A DNA stretch of 64,000 bases from an uncultured Bacillota bacterium (GCA_938034555.1 CALHLT010000022.1:11372-75371); one strand, 5' to 3'. Positions 40,735 to 51,541 are shown, counted from the stretch's first letter. Made by a program: numbers and translations. Notes: generated by a model not told the origin, from the sequence alone.

Positions 40735-41065
40735 ACTGTGCTGTAAAAAGTTTTAATAAAAAATGGGTGACAATGCTAAAAAATTAAACATTTATGAGAG
40801 AAAGAGTTAATATCACAAACATTTCTTTAAAGCGGTTAATTAGTTGCTTGCTCGCATATTTTAAAAAATTTTAAAAACGCAAGAAGGCATTGTTTTTCTT
40901 TTGAAATGCCGTTTTGAAAAACCTTGGTAAAAGGGTTTTTTATTATAAAAAACTTGTTTTTAAGTAATAAATCAATATTGAAAAAAATTTATATTTTTTC
41001 GTTTTCCATTTCCAATTTTTGTTTTAGTGTGTTATAATCAATTCAAGTTGTTTATAAGGAGAAAT

Positions 41066-42085
41066 ATGAAAGACAAGATTTTAGAAATTAGAGAAAGCAT
41101 TAAAGAAGAAATTAAAAACATTAAAAACTTGGAAATTCTTAATGCATTCAAAGTTAAATACAGCGGGAAAAGCGGTCTTTTAACAGAACTTATGAGAGGA
41201 ATGAGAGATGTTCCAAAAGAGGAGCGTCCTGTTCTTGGCTCGCTTATAAACGAAGTTAGAGAATTTGTTGAAACAAAAATTCAAGAAATTGAAAAAAGAC
41301 TTCAAGAAAATGCTTTAAACGAAAAGTTGAGCAGCGAAAAAATTGACATAACAGAGCCATCAAAAAACAGCGAAACAGGGTGTTTCCATCCTCTTCAAAG
41401 AACTTTTAACAAACTTATTGATGCGTGCGTTGAAATGGGTTTTGAAGTTGTTACAGGCCCAGAAGTTGAACTTGACCACTATAACTTTGAAATGTTGAAT
41501 ATGCCAAAAGACCACCCAGCACGCGATATGCAAGACACATTCTATATAACAGACGACATTGTTCTTAGAACGCACACTTCGCCTGTTCAAGCGCGCGTTA
41601 TGGAAAAACGCCAACCACCAATTAAAATCATAAGCCCAGGGCGAACCTATCGCGTTGATAATGACGCAACCCATTCGCCTGTTTTCCATCAAATTGAAGG
41701 GCTTGTTGTTGACAAAAACATAAGTTTGCTCGACCTTAAACAAATGCTTACAAAACTTTTGCAACTTTTGTTTGGAAAAGACACGAAAGTTCGTTTCCGT
41801 CCTTCCTATTTCCCATTCACAGAACCAAGCGTTGAAGTTGACGTTTCTTGTCCAAACTGCGGGGGAGATGGCTGCTATATGTGCAAAAAAACGGGCTGGA
41901 TGGAACTTATGGGCGCTGGAATGGTTAACCCAAAAGTTTTGGAAGGTTGCGGAATAGATTCAAAAGTCTATTCAGGTTTTGCCTTTGGACAGGGCATTGA
42001 CCGTTTAACAATGGTTATGGACAAAATTCCAGATATGAGAATGCTTTTTGAAAACGACATAAGATTTTTAAATCAAGTTAAGTAA
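41066..42085 (+). CDS. pheS: phenylalanine--tRNA ligase alpha subunit
   Basis: FRPSYFPFTEPS and GAGMVNP class II motifs. An extended -10 TGtTATAAT and AAGGAG lie directly upstream of ATG 41066. Confidence 0.95.
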   Translation: MKDKILEIRESIKEEIKNIKNLEILNAFKVKYSGKSGLLTELMRGMRDVPKEERPVLGSLINEVREFVETKIQEIEKRLQENALNEKLSSEKIDITEPSKNSETGCFHPLQRTFNKLIDACVEMGFEVVTGPEVELDHYNFEMLNMPKDHPARDMQDTFYITDDIVLRTHTSPVQARVMEKRQPPIKIISPGRTYRVDNDATHSPVFHQIEGLVVDKNISLLDLKQMLTKLLQLLFGKDTKVRFRPSYFPFTEPSVEVDVSCPNCGGDGCYMCKKTGWMELMGAGMVNPKVLEGCGIDSKVYSGFAFGQGIDRLTMVMDKIPDMRMLFENDIRFLNQVK

Positions 42086-42096
42086 GAGGAAAAAAT

Positions 42097-44535
42097 ATGA
42101 AAATTTCGATAAATTGGTTAAACGATTTCGTTAAGTTAGACGAAATTGAAAAAATTGAAAAAACAAAAACAAAATTCGAACTTGCCGAAAAAATTGCGGA
42201 CAAATTAACCGGCGTTGGATTTGAAGTTGAAGAAATTGAACAAACCGACAGATTTTTAAATCGTGTTGTTGTTGGCTTAATTGAAAAAATTGAAAAACAT
42301 AAAGACGCCGAAAGACTTTTTGTTTGCCAAGTTAACATTGGCGAAAGAAATGTTCAAATCATAACTTCCGCAACAAACGTTTTTGAAGGTGCGCTTGTTC
42401 CTGTTTCTCTTGACGGGGCAGACCTTGCAAACGGAATTAAAATTAAAAACTCTAAAATTCGCGGCGAACTTTCGGAAGGAATGTTTTGCAGCGGCGAAGA
42501 GCTTGGAATAACCGATGGGCTTTATGACGGGGCAAGCATAAACGGAATTTTAATTTTTAAAGATAATTTTGTTCCTGGAACTCCAGTTGCAAAGGCTCTT
42601 TGCCTCAACGACGTTGTTCTTGATGTTTCAATAACAGCAAACCGCCCAGACGCAATGAGCGTTGTTGGAATTGCAAGAGAACTTAATGCAATCTATCGTT
42701 TGGAAATGAAGGAGCAAGACCTTTCGTTCAAAACAACAAACGAAAAAGTTGAAAATTTTGTTTCTGTTGAAAACAAAGCCTTCGACCTTTGTCCAAGATA
42801 TATGGCAAGCGCTGTTTCAAATGTTAAAATTGAAAAAAGTCCGCTTGAAATTCGCGCAAGACTTTTTGCAGTTGGGGTTCACCCAATTTGCAATATTGTT
42901 GATATAACAAACTATGTTCTTTTCGAATATGGCCAGCCAATGCACGCTTTCGACGCAAACAACATTGGAGGGAAGAAAATTGTTGTTCGCAGAGCAAATA
43001 ACGGCGAAAAAATTGCTGTTTTAAACGGAAACACATATGACCTTTCGCAAAATAACCTTGTTATTGCCGACGAAAAAGAGCCAATGGTTATTGCCGGAGT
43101 TATTGGAGGAACAGACTCTTGCATAAATGAGAACACAAAAACCGTTATTTTTGAAGCAGCAAGTTTTGAGCGTTCACAAGTTCGAAAAACATCACGTTCA
43201 TTTGGAATTAGAACCGATTCAAGCGCGCGCTTTGAAAAGGGAATTGACCTTTTAAGCCAAGAACTTGGAATGAAAAGAGCGCTTAATTTAATTTGCAAGT
43301 TTAATTGCGGCGACATTGCAAACGGAATTATCGACGAAAAACAAGAAGAAGTTAAAAACATTGAAGTTGTTGTTTCAAAGAAAAGAATTGACGGAATTTT
43401 GGGAATTGAAGTTAAAACAGAGGACATTGTTTCAATTTTAAAAAGTCTTGGAATTTCGTGCGAAACAAATGGCGACGCTCTTAAATTAAGTGTTCCACCA
43501 TACCGTTTCGACATTGAAACCGACGCTGATGTTGCCGAAGAAGTTATAAGAATGTATGGCTACGATGTTTATGACAATGCCAAAAAACCTTTCTTTGAAG
43601 GTGCAAGCGTTATGGAAGGGAAATTCGACCCAATTTTGGCTATGCAACGCGAAATTAAGCGAATTTTAATTATGCGTGGATACTATGAAATTAACAGTTA
43701 TTCCCTTGTTCCAACAAATGCACACTTGAAACTTCTTTTAAACGACATGGAAAATGAAGTTATTAAAGTAAGCAATCCGCTTAGCGACGAACTTGGCGTT
43801 TTAAGAATTTCAATGGCGCATAGTTTATTTTCAAATATTGCATACAACTTTAAACGTAATAACAAAGATTTCAGAATTTTTGAAAGCGGAAGAACCTACC
43901 ACGCAAAAGGACAACCAATAACCGAACTCCCTGTTGAAAAAAATATGATTGCGTTTGCATCAATTGCCGAATCCGACGATTTCTTTACTCTTAAAGGTGT
44001 TGTTGAAAACATTTTGGAAAAATATGATTTCAAACTTGCTCTTGACTATTCAAAAGCACCTTTCTTACACCCTGGAATAAGCGCAGATGTTATCGACGCA
44101 GAAACTGGAAAACTTATTGCGCGCTTTGGAAAAATTAACCCAAAAGTTGCCCAAGAATATGAAATTCCAGAAAGAACATTCTATGGCGAAGTTTATTGCG
44201 ACAATTTAAACGAACTTAAAGTTAAAACTTTTGCAGTTAAACGCATTTCAAAATTCCCAATTGTTGAAAGAGATTTGGCTCTTGTTGTTGATGAAAACAT
44301 AACAGTTGGACAAATTGAAGAAATAATTAAACAATGTTGCGGGAAAAACTATAATGATGTTAAACTTTTCGATATCTATCGCAACAAATCACAACTTGGA
44401 AACAAAAAGAGTTTAGCGTTCCGAATTAAACTTTTATCGGACGAAAAAACCCTTTCCGAAGAAGATATTAACAAGGTTATTGATAAAATTCTTCGAAGAA
44501 CAGGCGAATTGTTTGGAGCAACACTTAGAGTATGA
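42097..44535 (+). CDS. pheT: phenylalanine--tRNA ligase beta subunit
   Basis: 812 aa with an N-terminal tRNA-binding OB domain plus B3/4, B5 and C-terminal FDX-ACB-like regions. It follows pheS. Confidence 0.95.
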   Translation: MKISINWLNDFVKLDEIEKIEKTKTKFELAEKIADKLTGVGFEVEEIEQTDRFLNRVVVGLIEKIEKHKDAERLFVCQVNIGERNVQIITSATNVFEGALVPVSLDGADLANGIKIKNSKIRGELSEGMFCSGEELGITDGLYDGASINGILIFKDNFVPGTPVAKALCLNDVVLDVSITANRPDAMSVVGIARELNAIYRLEMKEQDLSFKTTNEKVENFVSVENKAFDLCPRYMASAVSNVKIEKSPLEIRARLFAVGVHPICNIVDITNYVLFEYGQPMHAFDANNIGGKKIVVRRANNGEKIAVLNGNTYDLSQNNLVIADEKEPMVIAGVIGGTDSCINENTKTVIFEAASFERSQVRKTSRSFGIRTDSSARFEKGIDLLSQELGMKRALNLICKFNCGDIANGIIDEKQEEVKNIEVVVSKKRIDGILGIEVKTEDIVSILKSLGISCETNGDALKLSVPPYRFDIETDADVAEEVIRMYGYDVYDNAKKPFFEGASVMEGKFDPILAMQREIKRILIMRGYYEINSYSLVPTNAHLKLLLNDMENEVIKVSNPLSDELGVLRISMAHSLFSNIAYNFKRNNKDFRIFESGRTYHAKGQPITELPVEKNMIAFASIAESDDFFTLKGVVENILEKYDFKLALDYSKAPFLHPGISADVIDAETGKLIARFGKINPKVAQEYEIPERTFYGEVYCDNLNELKVKTFAVKRISKFPIVERDLALVVDENITVGQIEEIIKQCCGKNYNDVKLFDIYRNKSQLGNKKSLAFRIKLLSDEKTLSEEDINKVIDKILRRTGELFGATLRV

Positions 44536-45659
44536 TTTTTTTAGACAATGCAAGCACAACCCGTCTTTGCAGCGAGGCAAAAAGTGAGATTGAAAAATCT
44601 CACGATTTGTTTTATAATCCATCGGCTGTTTATGGGAAAAGCCTTGAAATAAGAAAAAAACTTGACGAGGCAAAACAAAACATTTGCCGCGCTCTTGGCG
44701 TTTCATACAATAACAATTTAATTATAACAGGAAGCGCAACCGAGGCGAACAACCTTGCAATTTTTGGAAGCATTAAAAAAACAGATTCCCAACTTGTTTT
44801 TGGCGCGGGGGAGCATCCTTCTGTTTATAATTGCGCCCTTGAACTTAAAGCAAGAGGATTTAATGTTGTTTTCGCTCCGCTTGCAAAAACTGGGGAAGTT
44901 GATTTGGAAATTCTTTCAAAAATTTTGGAAAAACCAACCGCTTTTGTTTCAATTATGACCGTTAGTAACGAAACTGGCGCAATAAATAACATTCAAAAAA
45001 TTTCAAAACTCATTCGAAGAACAAATCCAAACGCAATTTTCCATAGCGACGGAGTTCAAGCCTTTGGAAAAATTCCAACAAATGTTTTAAACATGGATGT
45101 CGATTTGTTCTCAATAAGCGCCCATAAAATTGGCGGCCCAAAAGGAATTGGCGCGCTTTATGTTAAGAATATTAAAAAACTTAAACCAATAATCTTTGGC
45201 GGTGGCCAAGAATTTGGACTTCGAAGCGGAACCGAAAACACGATGTTTACCCTTGCTTTTGGAGAAATTGCAAAAAGCCTTAAAATTAAGGAAAATTTTG
45301 ATAAAATAAACGAAATAAGAAATTACGTTAGAAACTTTTTTGAAGGCAAAGACGGCGTTGAAATTAATTCGCCAAAAGATGCAAGCCCATATGTTTTAAG
45401 CCTATCCTTTTGCGGCGTTCGTGGCGAAACCCTTGTTCATGTTTTGGAAGGTGAAAACATAATTCTTGGAACAGGAAGCGCATGTTCAAGCAAAAAAGGC
45501 GCGCTTAATCGAACTTTGGAAGAAATGGACAAAACAAAAGAAGAAAATGAGGGCGCTGTTCGAATTTCATTTTCAAAGGAAACAACGCTTGACGAAGTTA
45601 AACAAGCATGCGACATAATTTATAATTCATACTTAAAACTCAAAGAAAAACTAAAATAA
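44532..45659 (+). CDS. cysteine desulfurase (class V aminotransferase, NifS/IscS-like)
   Basis: PLP lysine in SAHKIGGPKG and catalytic Cys in GSACSS. It is paired with thiI, as in many Firmicutes. Confidence 0.85.
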   Translation: MIFLDNASTTRLCSEAKSEIEKSHDLFYNPSAVYGKSLEIRKKLDEAKQNICRALGVSYNNNLIITGSATEANNLAIFGSIKKTDSQLVFGAGEHPSVYNCALELKARGFNVVFAPLAKTGEVDLEILSKILEKPTAFVSIMTVSNETGAINNIQKISKLIRRTNPNAIFHSDGVQAFGKIPTNVLNMDVDLFSISAHKIGGPKGIGALYVKNIKKLKPIIFGGGQEFGLRSGTENTMFTLAFGEIAKSLKIKENFDKINEIRNYVRNFFEGKDGVEINSPKDASPYVLSLSFCGVRGETLVHVLEGENIILGTGSACSSKKGALNRTLEEMDKTKEENEGAVRISFSKETTLDEVKQACDIIYNSYLKLKEKLK

Positions 45660-45671
45660 AAAGGAAATAAA

Positions 45672-46856
45672 ATGGAAAAAGTTTTGCTTCTTAGATATGG
45701 TGAAATTCACCTTAAAGGGAAAAACCGCGGTTTTTTTGATAACCAACTTATAAAAAACATCTTGCAAACGGCAAACAAAATTGACGAAAACGCAAAAATT
45801 AAGAAAGTTGGCGGAAGATATTTGCTTTGCAATTTCAGCGAAGAAAATTTACTTGCGCTTTCAACCGAAGTTTCAAAGGTTTTTGGGCTTGTTTCGCTTT
45901 CAATTGCAACGGCTGTTTCTTCAAGTCAAGAAAAAATTGAAAACTGCATTGAAAAACTTTTGGAAGAAGATGAATTTGGTCTTGAAAATGCGCAAACATT
46001 TAAAGTTGATGTTAAACGCGCGGATAAAAGATTCCCGGTTCAGTCCATGGAATATGAACGCCAGCTTGGCGGAATTGTTTTAAATAAATTTCCACACTTA
46101 AAAGTTAACTTAACAACTCCAGAAAAAACAATTTATGTTGACATTCGTGAAAACGGCGAAACATTTATTTTCTCAAATAAAATCAAATGCGCCGGCGGAA
46201 TCCCAGTTGGAACAAGCGGGAAAGGTCTTGTTATGCTTTCGGGCGGAATTGATAGTCCAGTTGCCGCATACATGATGGCAAAACGCGGAATGAGCCTTTC
46301 TGCTGTCCATTTCCATTCTTTCCCATACACAAGTCAACTTGCAAAAGAAAAGGTTATTTCTCTTGCGCGCCTTCTTGTTCCATACACAGGAAATTTCAAT
46401 CTTTATGTTGTTTCTTTCACGAAAATTCAAGAAGAGATTCATAAAAATTGCAAAGAAGGCTATATGATCACAATCATGCGACGAATTATGATGAGAATTT
46501 GCGAAAAACTTTCAAAAAAATTCGGATTTCAAGCCGTTATAACAGGCGAAAACTTGGGACAAGTTGCTTCCCAAACCGTTGAAAGCATGACCTCAACCGA
46601 AAGCGTTTTAAGTCCATTTTTGCCAGTCTTCCGTCCTCTTGTTGCGTTCGATAAGATTGATATTATTGAAATTGCAAAACAAATTGGAACATACGAAACT
46701 TCAATTTTGCCATATGAAGACTGCTGCACGGTTTTTTTGCCAAAAAATCCTTTAATTAAGCCAAGAATTGAGAGCGTTGAAAGAGAGGAAAGTCGCTTAA
46801 ACATCGATGAACTTGTTGACCAAGCAATTGAGAACATGGAAGTAATTAAAATTTAG
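45672..46856 (+). CDS. thiI: tRNA 4-thiouridine synthase ThiI
   Basis: THUMP N-terminal half and PP-loop SGGIDSPVA. Confidence 0.9.
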   Translation: MEKVLLLRYGEIHLKGKNRGFFDNQLIKNILQTANKIDENAKIKKVGGRYLLCNFSEENLLALSTEVSKVFGLVSLSIATAVSSSQEKIENCIEKLLEEDEFGLENAQTFKVDVKRADKRFPVQSMEYERQLGGIVLNKFPHLKVNLTTPEKTIYVDIRENGETFIFSNKIKCAGGIPVGTSGKGLVMLSGGIDSPVAAYMMAKRGMSLSAVHFHSFPYTSQLAKEKVISLARLLVPYTGNFNLYVVSFTKIQEEIHKNCKEGYMITIMRRIMMRICEKLSKKFGFQAVITGENLGQVASQTVESMTSTESVLSPFLPVFRPLVAFDKIDIIEIAKQIGTYETSILPYEDCCTVFLPKNPLIKPRIESVEREESRLNIDELVDQAIENMEVIKI

Positions 46857-46859
46857 GCA

Positions 46860-46888
46860 TTGACACTTAACACATTTAAGACTATAAT
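46860..46888 (+). promoter_or_regulatory. perfect consensus sigma-A promoter
   Basis: TTGACA, 17 nt, TATAAT, then GGAGG and ATG 46912. Confidence 0.7.
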
Positions 46889-46911
46889 GAATTTACATAT
46901 GGAGGATAAAC

Positions 46912-47376
46912 ATGATTAAACGCGAAGATTATAATGTTATGAACTCAAAAAAACCTGAAAAATCGCCTATAATTGAAAAAGCATTTATCAATAAAAATAA
47001 TGATTTAGTTTTAGTTAACGAGGGAAAGGGGGTTTACATTCCAACTTCAATGAGCACATTTAAAAAATCGCTTGACGGGCTTGATTCAAAGTTTTTCACA
47101 GAGGAATTTTCCGATGCAATTCGCGATTTTGCTTTAAAGAAAGTTTTAAAAAATGATTCAAGTTTCATTGCAAAAACAAGCAAAACAGATTTGGAAGCAT
47201 CCGAAAAAACTTATGAACTTGTTAAAAAATCGGTTGAAATTGATGCTCTTATAATAAATAAACAACAAGAAAGAGAAACAAAACTTAATCAAAAAGCAAT
47301 CAACACTTTTGTTAATGCATTCAACAGCATGTCGAAAACAACTTCAAAACAAAGCGATAACATTGAAACAAAGTAA
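46912..47376 (+). CDS. hypothetical protein (154 aa)
   Basis: It has a consensus promoter, an SD, and a terminator (AAACGGC..GCCGTTT at about 47389-47410). No family recognised. Confidence 0.55.
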   Translation: MIKREDYNVMNSKKPEKSPIIEKAFINKNNDLVLVNEGKGVYIPTSMSTFKKSLDGLDSKFFTEEFSDAIRDFALKKVLKNDSSFIAKTSKTDLEASEKTYELVKKSVEIDALIINKQQERETKLNQKAINTFVNAFNSMSKTTSKQSDNIETK

Positions 47377-47592
47377 TTTAAAACGGCAAATAAGCCGTTT
47401 TTTTATTTTATCTGTCAAAATTCTTAAATATAAATATAAAAAAAGTTTGCAAATTTAGAAAAATAGGTTACAATTAAATTGTAAGTTTAATTAAAAGCTA
47501 ATTAAATTTAGCTTACTATATATCATTTTTAATATAATTCGGCCAAATTTGGGCTTTTAGTTAGATTTAAAATTTATTTTTGGAGAAGAAAT

Positions 47593-49176
47593 ATGACAAT
47601 AGTATTATTGGGTGTTTCTTCATTAGCCGCAAGCCTTATTGGAGTTGGTTGTGGAATTGCTGGAATTGCGATTGGCATTTTCGCGGCTTATTTCCTTCTT
47701 TCAAGAAAAATTGGAAAAACAAAAACTAAGGCAGCAAAGATAATTGAAGAAGCCTATGCAGAAGCAAAAACTGCAAAAAAAGAAGCGATCTTAGAAGCAA
47801 AAGAAGAAGTTCATAAACTTCGTGTCGACTTCGACAAAGAAGTTAAAGATCGCCGCGTTGAAATTCAACGCTCGGAAGACAGACTTTCCCAAAGAGAGGA
47901 GTTTGTTGAGAAAAAAGAACTTTCGCTCGACAAAAAACAAGAACAAATTGAAGAGATGAAAGACAAACTTCAACAACGCGAAAACGAAGTTGAAAAACTT
48001 AAAGAAGACGAAAACAAAGTTCTTGAATCGATGAGAGCAGAACTTGAAAAAGTTGCTCGAATGACAAAAGAAGAAGCAAAACAATCTTTAATTAACTCAA
48101 TGGTTGACCAAGCAAAAATTGACGCCGCAAGAGAAGTTAAGGAAATTGAAGAAGAGGCAAAAGCCGACGGGCAAAAGAAAGCACAAAACATAATTGCTTC
48201 GGCAATTCAACGCTGCGCAACCGATATGGTTAGCGAAATAACCGTAACTTCCGTTGCTCTTCCAAACGACGAACTTAAAGGAAGAATCATTGGCCGCGAA
48301 GGAAGAAACATTCGTGCGCTTGAAGCCGCAACTGGCGTTGACCTTATTGTTGACGACACGCCAGAAACAATAACAGTTTCTTGTTTCGACCCTGTTCGCC
48401 GCGAAGTTGCAAGAGTTGCGCTTGAAAAACTTATTTTGGACGGAAGAATCCACCCAACAAGAATTGAAGAACTTGTTGCAAAAGCACAAAAAGACATTGA
48501 TCAAAAAATTAAGGAAGCAGGCGAAAACGCTGCTAATGACGCGGGAATTTATAATTTACATCCAGAACTTATCAAAATTCTTGGCCGCCTTAAATATAGA
48601 ACAAGTTATGGTCAAAACTGCTTAAAACACAGCCTTGAAACATCATATATTGCTGGTCTTTTGGCAGCAGAACTTGGGGCAGACGAAAAAATTGCTCGCC
48701 GCGGAGGCTTGCTCCACGACATTGGAAAAGCGCTTGACCACGAAATGGAAGGAACACACGTTACAATTGGTGTTGACCTTGCTAAAAAATATAAGGAAAG
48801 CCCAGCAGTTGTCCACTGCATTGAAGCGCACCACTTTAACGTTGAATTCCAAAGCGTTGAGGCGGTTCTTGTTCAAGTTGCCGATGCAATTTCAAGTTCT
48901 CGTCCAGGCGCACGCCGCGAAACAATTGAAGCATATGTTAAACGTCTTGAAAAACTTGAAGAAATTGCAAATTCGTTTAAGGGCGTTGACAAATCATATG
49001 CGGTTCAAGCGGGACGCGAAGTTAGAATTATCGTTAAACCAGAAGAAATTTCCGACGATATGGCAGTTTTTATGGCGAAAGATATTGCAAAGAAAATTGA
49101 AGACGAAATGGAATATCCAGGACAAATTAAAGTTAATGTCATTCGCGAAAGCAGATTCACAGAAACTGCAAAATAA
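47593..49176 (+). CDS. rny: ribonuclease Y
   Basis: N-terminal TM helix, coiled coil, KH domain ([15 protein letters not shown]), and HD domain (LLHDIGK). Confidence 0.95.
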   Translation: MTIVLLGVSSLAASLIGVGCGIAGIAIGIFAAYFLLSRKIGKTKTKAAKIIEEAYAEAKTAKKEAILEAKEEVHKLRVDFDKEVKDRRVEIQRSEDRLSQREEFVEKKELSLDKKQEQIEEMKDKLQQRENEVEKLKEDENKVLESMRAELEKVARMTKEEAKQSLINSMVDQAKIDAAREVKEIEEEAKADGQKKAQNIIASAIQRCATDMVSEITVTSVALPNDELKGRIIGREGRNIRALEAATGVDLIVDDTPETITVSCFDPVRREVARVALEKLILDGRIHPTRIEELVAKAQKDIDQKIKEAGENAANDAGIYNLHPELIKILGRLKYRTSYGQNCLKHSLETSYIAGLLAAELGADEKIARRGGLLHDIGKALDHEMEGTHVTIGVDLAKKYKESPAVVHCIEAHHFNVEFQSVEAVLVQVADAISSSRPGARRETIEAYVKRLEKLEEIANSFKGVDKSYAVQAGREVRIIVKPEEISDDMAVFMAKDIAKKIEDEMEYPGQIKVNVIRESRFTETAK

Positions 49177-49247
49177 CAATTTAAAAAGAGCAAAAACTTG
49201 CTCTTTTTTTTGTTGCGATACGCGGCAAAAAATGATAAAATATATTT

Positions 49248-49718
49248 ATGAAAAATGTCGATTTATACACTGATGGAGCATGCAGCGGGAACCCAGGCGT
49301 TGGCGGTTGGGCAGCTGTTTTAATTTACAAAGGAAAACAAAAAGAATTTTCTGGAGGCGAAAGAGAAACAACCAATAATCGAATGGAACTTACTGCGGTG
49401 ATTCGCGGGCTTGAAGCGCTTAAAGAAAAATGCAATGTAACAATTTACAGCGATTCCGCCTATGTTGTTAATGCAGTTAATAACGATTGGATAACAAATT
49501 GGCAACTTAACGGCTGGAAGAACTCTGCGAAAGACAATGTTTCAAACCAAGACCTTTGGGAAAAACTTCTAGACCTTCTTACTTTCCACCCTTCTGTTTT
49601 TGTTAAAGTTAAGGGGCATTCAACAAACGAGCTTAATAATCTTTGTGATAAACTTGCAGTTGCGGAGGTTCAAAAAATTAAAGCACAGGACGAAAAATCT
49701 TCAATTAGTAATAACTAG
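49248..49718 (+). CDS. rnhA: ribonuclease HI
   Basis: LYTDGACSGNPGVGGWAAVL and TNNRMEL motifs. TGaTAAAAT ends 6 nt before the ATG. Confidence 0.9.
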   Translation: MKNVDLYTDGACSGNPGVGGWAAVLIYKGKQKEFSGGERETTNNRMELTAVIRGLEALKEKCNVTIYSDSAYVVNAVNNDWITNWQLNGWKNSAKDNVSNQDLWEKLLDLLTFHPSVFVKVKGHSTNELNNLCDKLAVAEVQKIKAQDEKSSISNN

Positions 49719-49838
49719 AAAAAAAATTTATAAAAGTTAAAAAGAGCAGTCCGCTCTTTTTTTGTGCTTATTCCCTAAGATATAAAAAAACATTATCAAA
49801 TCCGATAATGTTTTTTAATTGCCTTTTAAAAAGAGAGT

Positions 49839-51452
49839 TTATTTATACTTAACAAGTCTTTTTACTTTTCTAACAACTTGTTCAATAAGCATATTGATGA
49901 ATGGGAAAACAACAATATGAAGGGAAAGAACAATTGGATAGATAAGAAGAGGGAAGTATTTAAGAGTTGTGTTGGCGCGGAACCCAATAATTAAGTTGAT
50001 TCCAATTACAACCAGCATTATTGCAGCGCCGGCAAGAACAAAAAGCCATGGCGAAGGGTTTTCTTTTTTCATTTGAATTATGTTTCTTGCTTTAGATTTA
50101 TAATAAAGGTAGGCATAAAGCCCAACAGCAACAAGCGAAAGGCAAGGAATAATGATGTAAATAACTTTGCCAATTGAATCTGCTTTAACGCCGAAATAGA
50201 AGGCAAAAGCAAAAATTAAACTTAAAAGACAGAACAAACTTCCGCGAATAAGGCGAGTTAAGGCTGGATTAACATATTGCGAAGCATTTTTGTCTTTCCC
50301 ACGATATTGCGAAAATCCAATTCCTTTCGATCCATAATATGTTTCAAGGCTTGAATAACTGTTGAAAATTTTTGAATCGCTTTTTTCGCGAATATATGTG
50401 TTTTCAACTTTGTCAAATTCTTCGCGCTTTGGTTTTGGTTGTTGTTTTGGAGTTGGAACAGAAGGACGAGAAGGCATTTCAAGTTCTTTTTGCTTGCGTT
50501 TTTGCGCTTCAAATTCATCAATTTTATGTTGAATTTTTGCCATAGATTTTTCGTGGTCGAATGGTTTAACCATCAAATCCGAAATTTTTTCTTGATACAT
50601 TTCTTTTTCTTTTCGGTCGGTTCTTGTTTCTTTTTCCTTGATTTTTGAATTTAAATATGAAGTGTTGCGTTGTTCAATGTTAAGAGTTGCCGGTTCAAAT
50701 TTTTCAAATTTTGGGAAAGAGTAGTCTTCCAAAGTTTCAGTTATAAACTTTCCGTCGTCTGCCGCCATGTCAACTTCGTTAAACAAATCATATTGTTCTT
50801 GGCTAACATCTTTTTCTTCTTGCGCTTTATCTTCAAGCACAGGGGCTTTTTCTTGTTCAACCTTTTCTTCCTCTTGTTTTGCAAGGTTAAAGATGTTTTC
50901 TTGCGCTGCAATTCGAATTGGCTCGCTTTCAACTTCAATTTCTTTTGTTTCTTCTGGAACAATTGAAACAGGTTTTGCGCTGTTCAAAACAATCCCGCTC
51001 TCATTTGGCGCGCGATATTCTTCTGTTGCCTTCAAATTAAATGAATTTTCAAAAGCCTCTGGCTCTGGTTTAATTTCTTCTTGCTTTTCAAACTCTGGTT
51101 TAGCTTCTTCAAAAGCGCTTGTTTCTTTTTGCTCTTCAACTATTTGAGCAGTTTGGTTTGAAACGCCATAGTATGAAAAATCAACTGTGTTTTCTTCCAA
51201 AAATTTTCTTCCGTCGTTTGTTAAGCAATAGTAGTGCCTTTTTCCGCCAATTGCGCTGTCTTTCCAATATGACGAAACAAGTTTTTGAACTTCCATTCTT
51301 TTCAAACTGCTATATAAAGAAGGTTGTTTAATTTCAATTCCTGTTTTTGCTTTAATTTCTTCAATGATTTCATAGCCATATTTATCGCCCGAAACCAAGC
51401 AGGAAAGTATTGTTGGGTTAAGTTGCCCGCGTGGGAATTCATTTATGTCCAT
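49839..51452 (-). CDS. membrane-tethered PadR-family transcriptional regulator
   Basis: An N-terminal PadR wHTH (GDKYGYEIIEEIKAKTGIEIKQPSLYSSLKRMEVQKLVSSYW...RHYYCLTNDGRKFL) is followed by a ~280-aa E/K/Q-rich linker and a C-terminal block of about 4-5 TM helices. SD GAGG precedes ATG 51452. Confidence 0.75.
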   Translation of the reverse strand: MDINEFPRGQLNPTILSCLVSGDKYGYEIIEEIKAKTGIEIKQPSLYSSLKRMEVQKLVSSYWKDSAIGGKRHYYCLTNDGRKFLEENTVDFSYYGVSNQTAQIVEEQKETSAFEEAKPEFEKQEEIKPEPEAFENSFNLKATEEYRAPNESGIVLNSAKPVSIVPEETKEIEVESEPIRIAAQENIFNLAKQEEEKVEQEKAPVLEDKAQEEKDVSQEQYDLFNEVDMAADDGKFITETLEDYSFPKFEKFEPATLNIEQRNTSYLNSKIKEKETRTDRKEKEMYQEKISDLMVKPFDHEKSMAKIQHKIDEFEAQKRKQKELEMPSRPSVPTPKQQPKPKREEFDKVENTYIREKSDSKIFNSYSSLETYYGSKGIGFSQYRGKDKNASQYVNPALTRLIRGSLFCLLSLIFAFAFYFGVKADSIGKVIYIIIPCLSLVAVGLYAYLYYKSKARNIIQMKKENPSPWLFVLAGAAIMLVVIGINLIIGFRANTTLKYFPLLIYPIVLSLHIVVFPFINMLIEQVVRKVKRLVKYK

Positions 51453-51467
51453 ATATATACCTCGAAA

Positions 51468-51498
51468 ATTATATAACAAAATATAACAAAAATGTCAA
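51468..51498 (-). promoter_or_regulatory. promoter of the PadR-like gene
   Basis: Minus strand reads TTGACA (51498-51493), 17 nt, then TATATAAT (51475-51468). Confidence 0.6.
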
Positions 51499-51509
51499 CA
51501 AAATTGCAG

Positions 51510-51541
51510 GTGCTATGCATTTTAACTTGTGTGGTATGCAT
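51510..51541. repeat. two 11-bp direct repeats containing ATGCAT palindromes, spaced 21 bp apart
   Basis: GTGCTATGCAT (51510-51520) and GTGGTATGCAT (51531-51541) match at 10 of 11 positions. Confidence 0.6.

Noticed and set aside
40735-41026. T-box leader for pheST.
   Set aside because: No T-box consensus, specifier-loop or GA-motif arrangement could be traced, and pheS has its own promoter only about 30 nt upstream of the start.
48635-49273. 212-aa alternative-frame ORF overlapping the rny 3' half and the rnhA promoter.
   Set aside because: It is out of frame with a strongly conserved RNase Y HD domain and has no SD. It spans the rny terminator, and its K/L-rich sequence has no motif.
50439-51147. 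Several plus-strand ORFs antisense to the PadR-like linker region.
   Set aside because: They are a low-complexity reverse translation of an E/K-rich coding stretch, with no SD or promoter.
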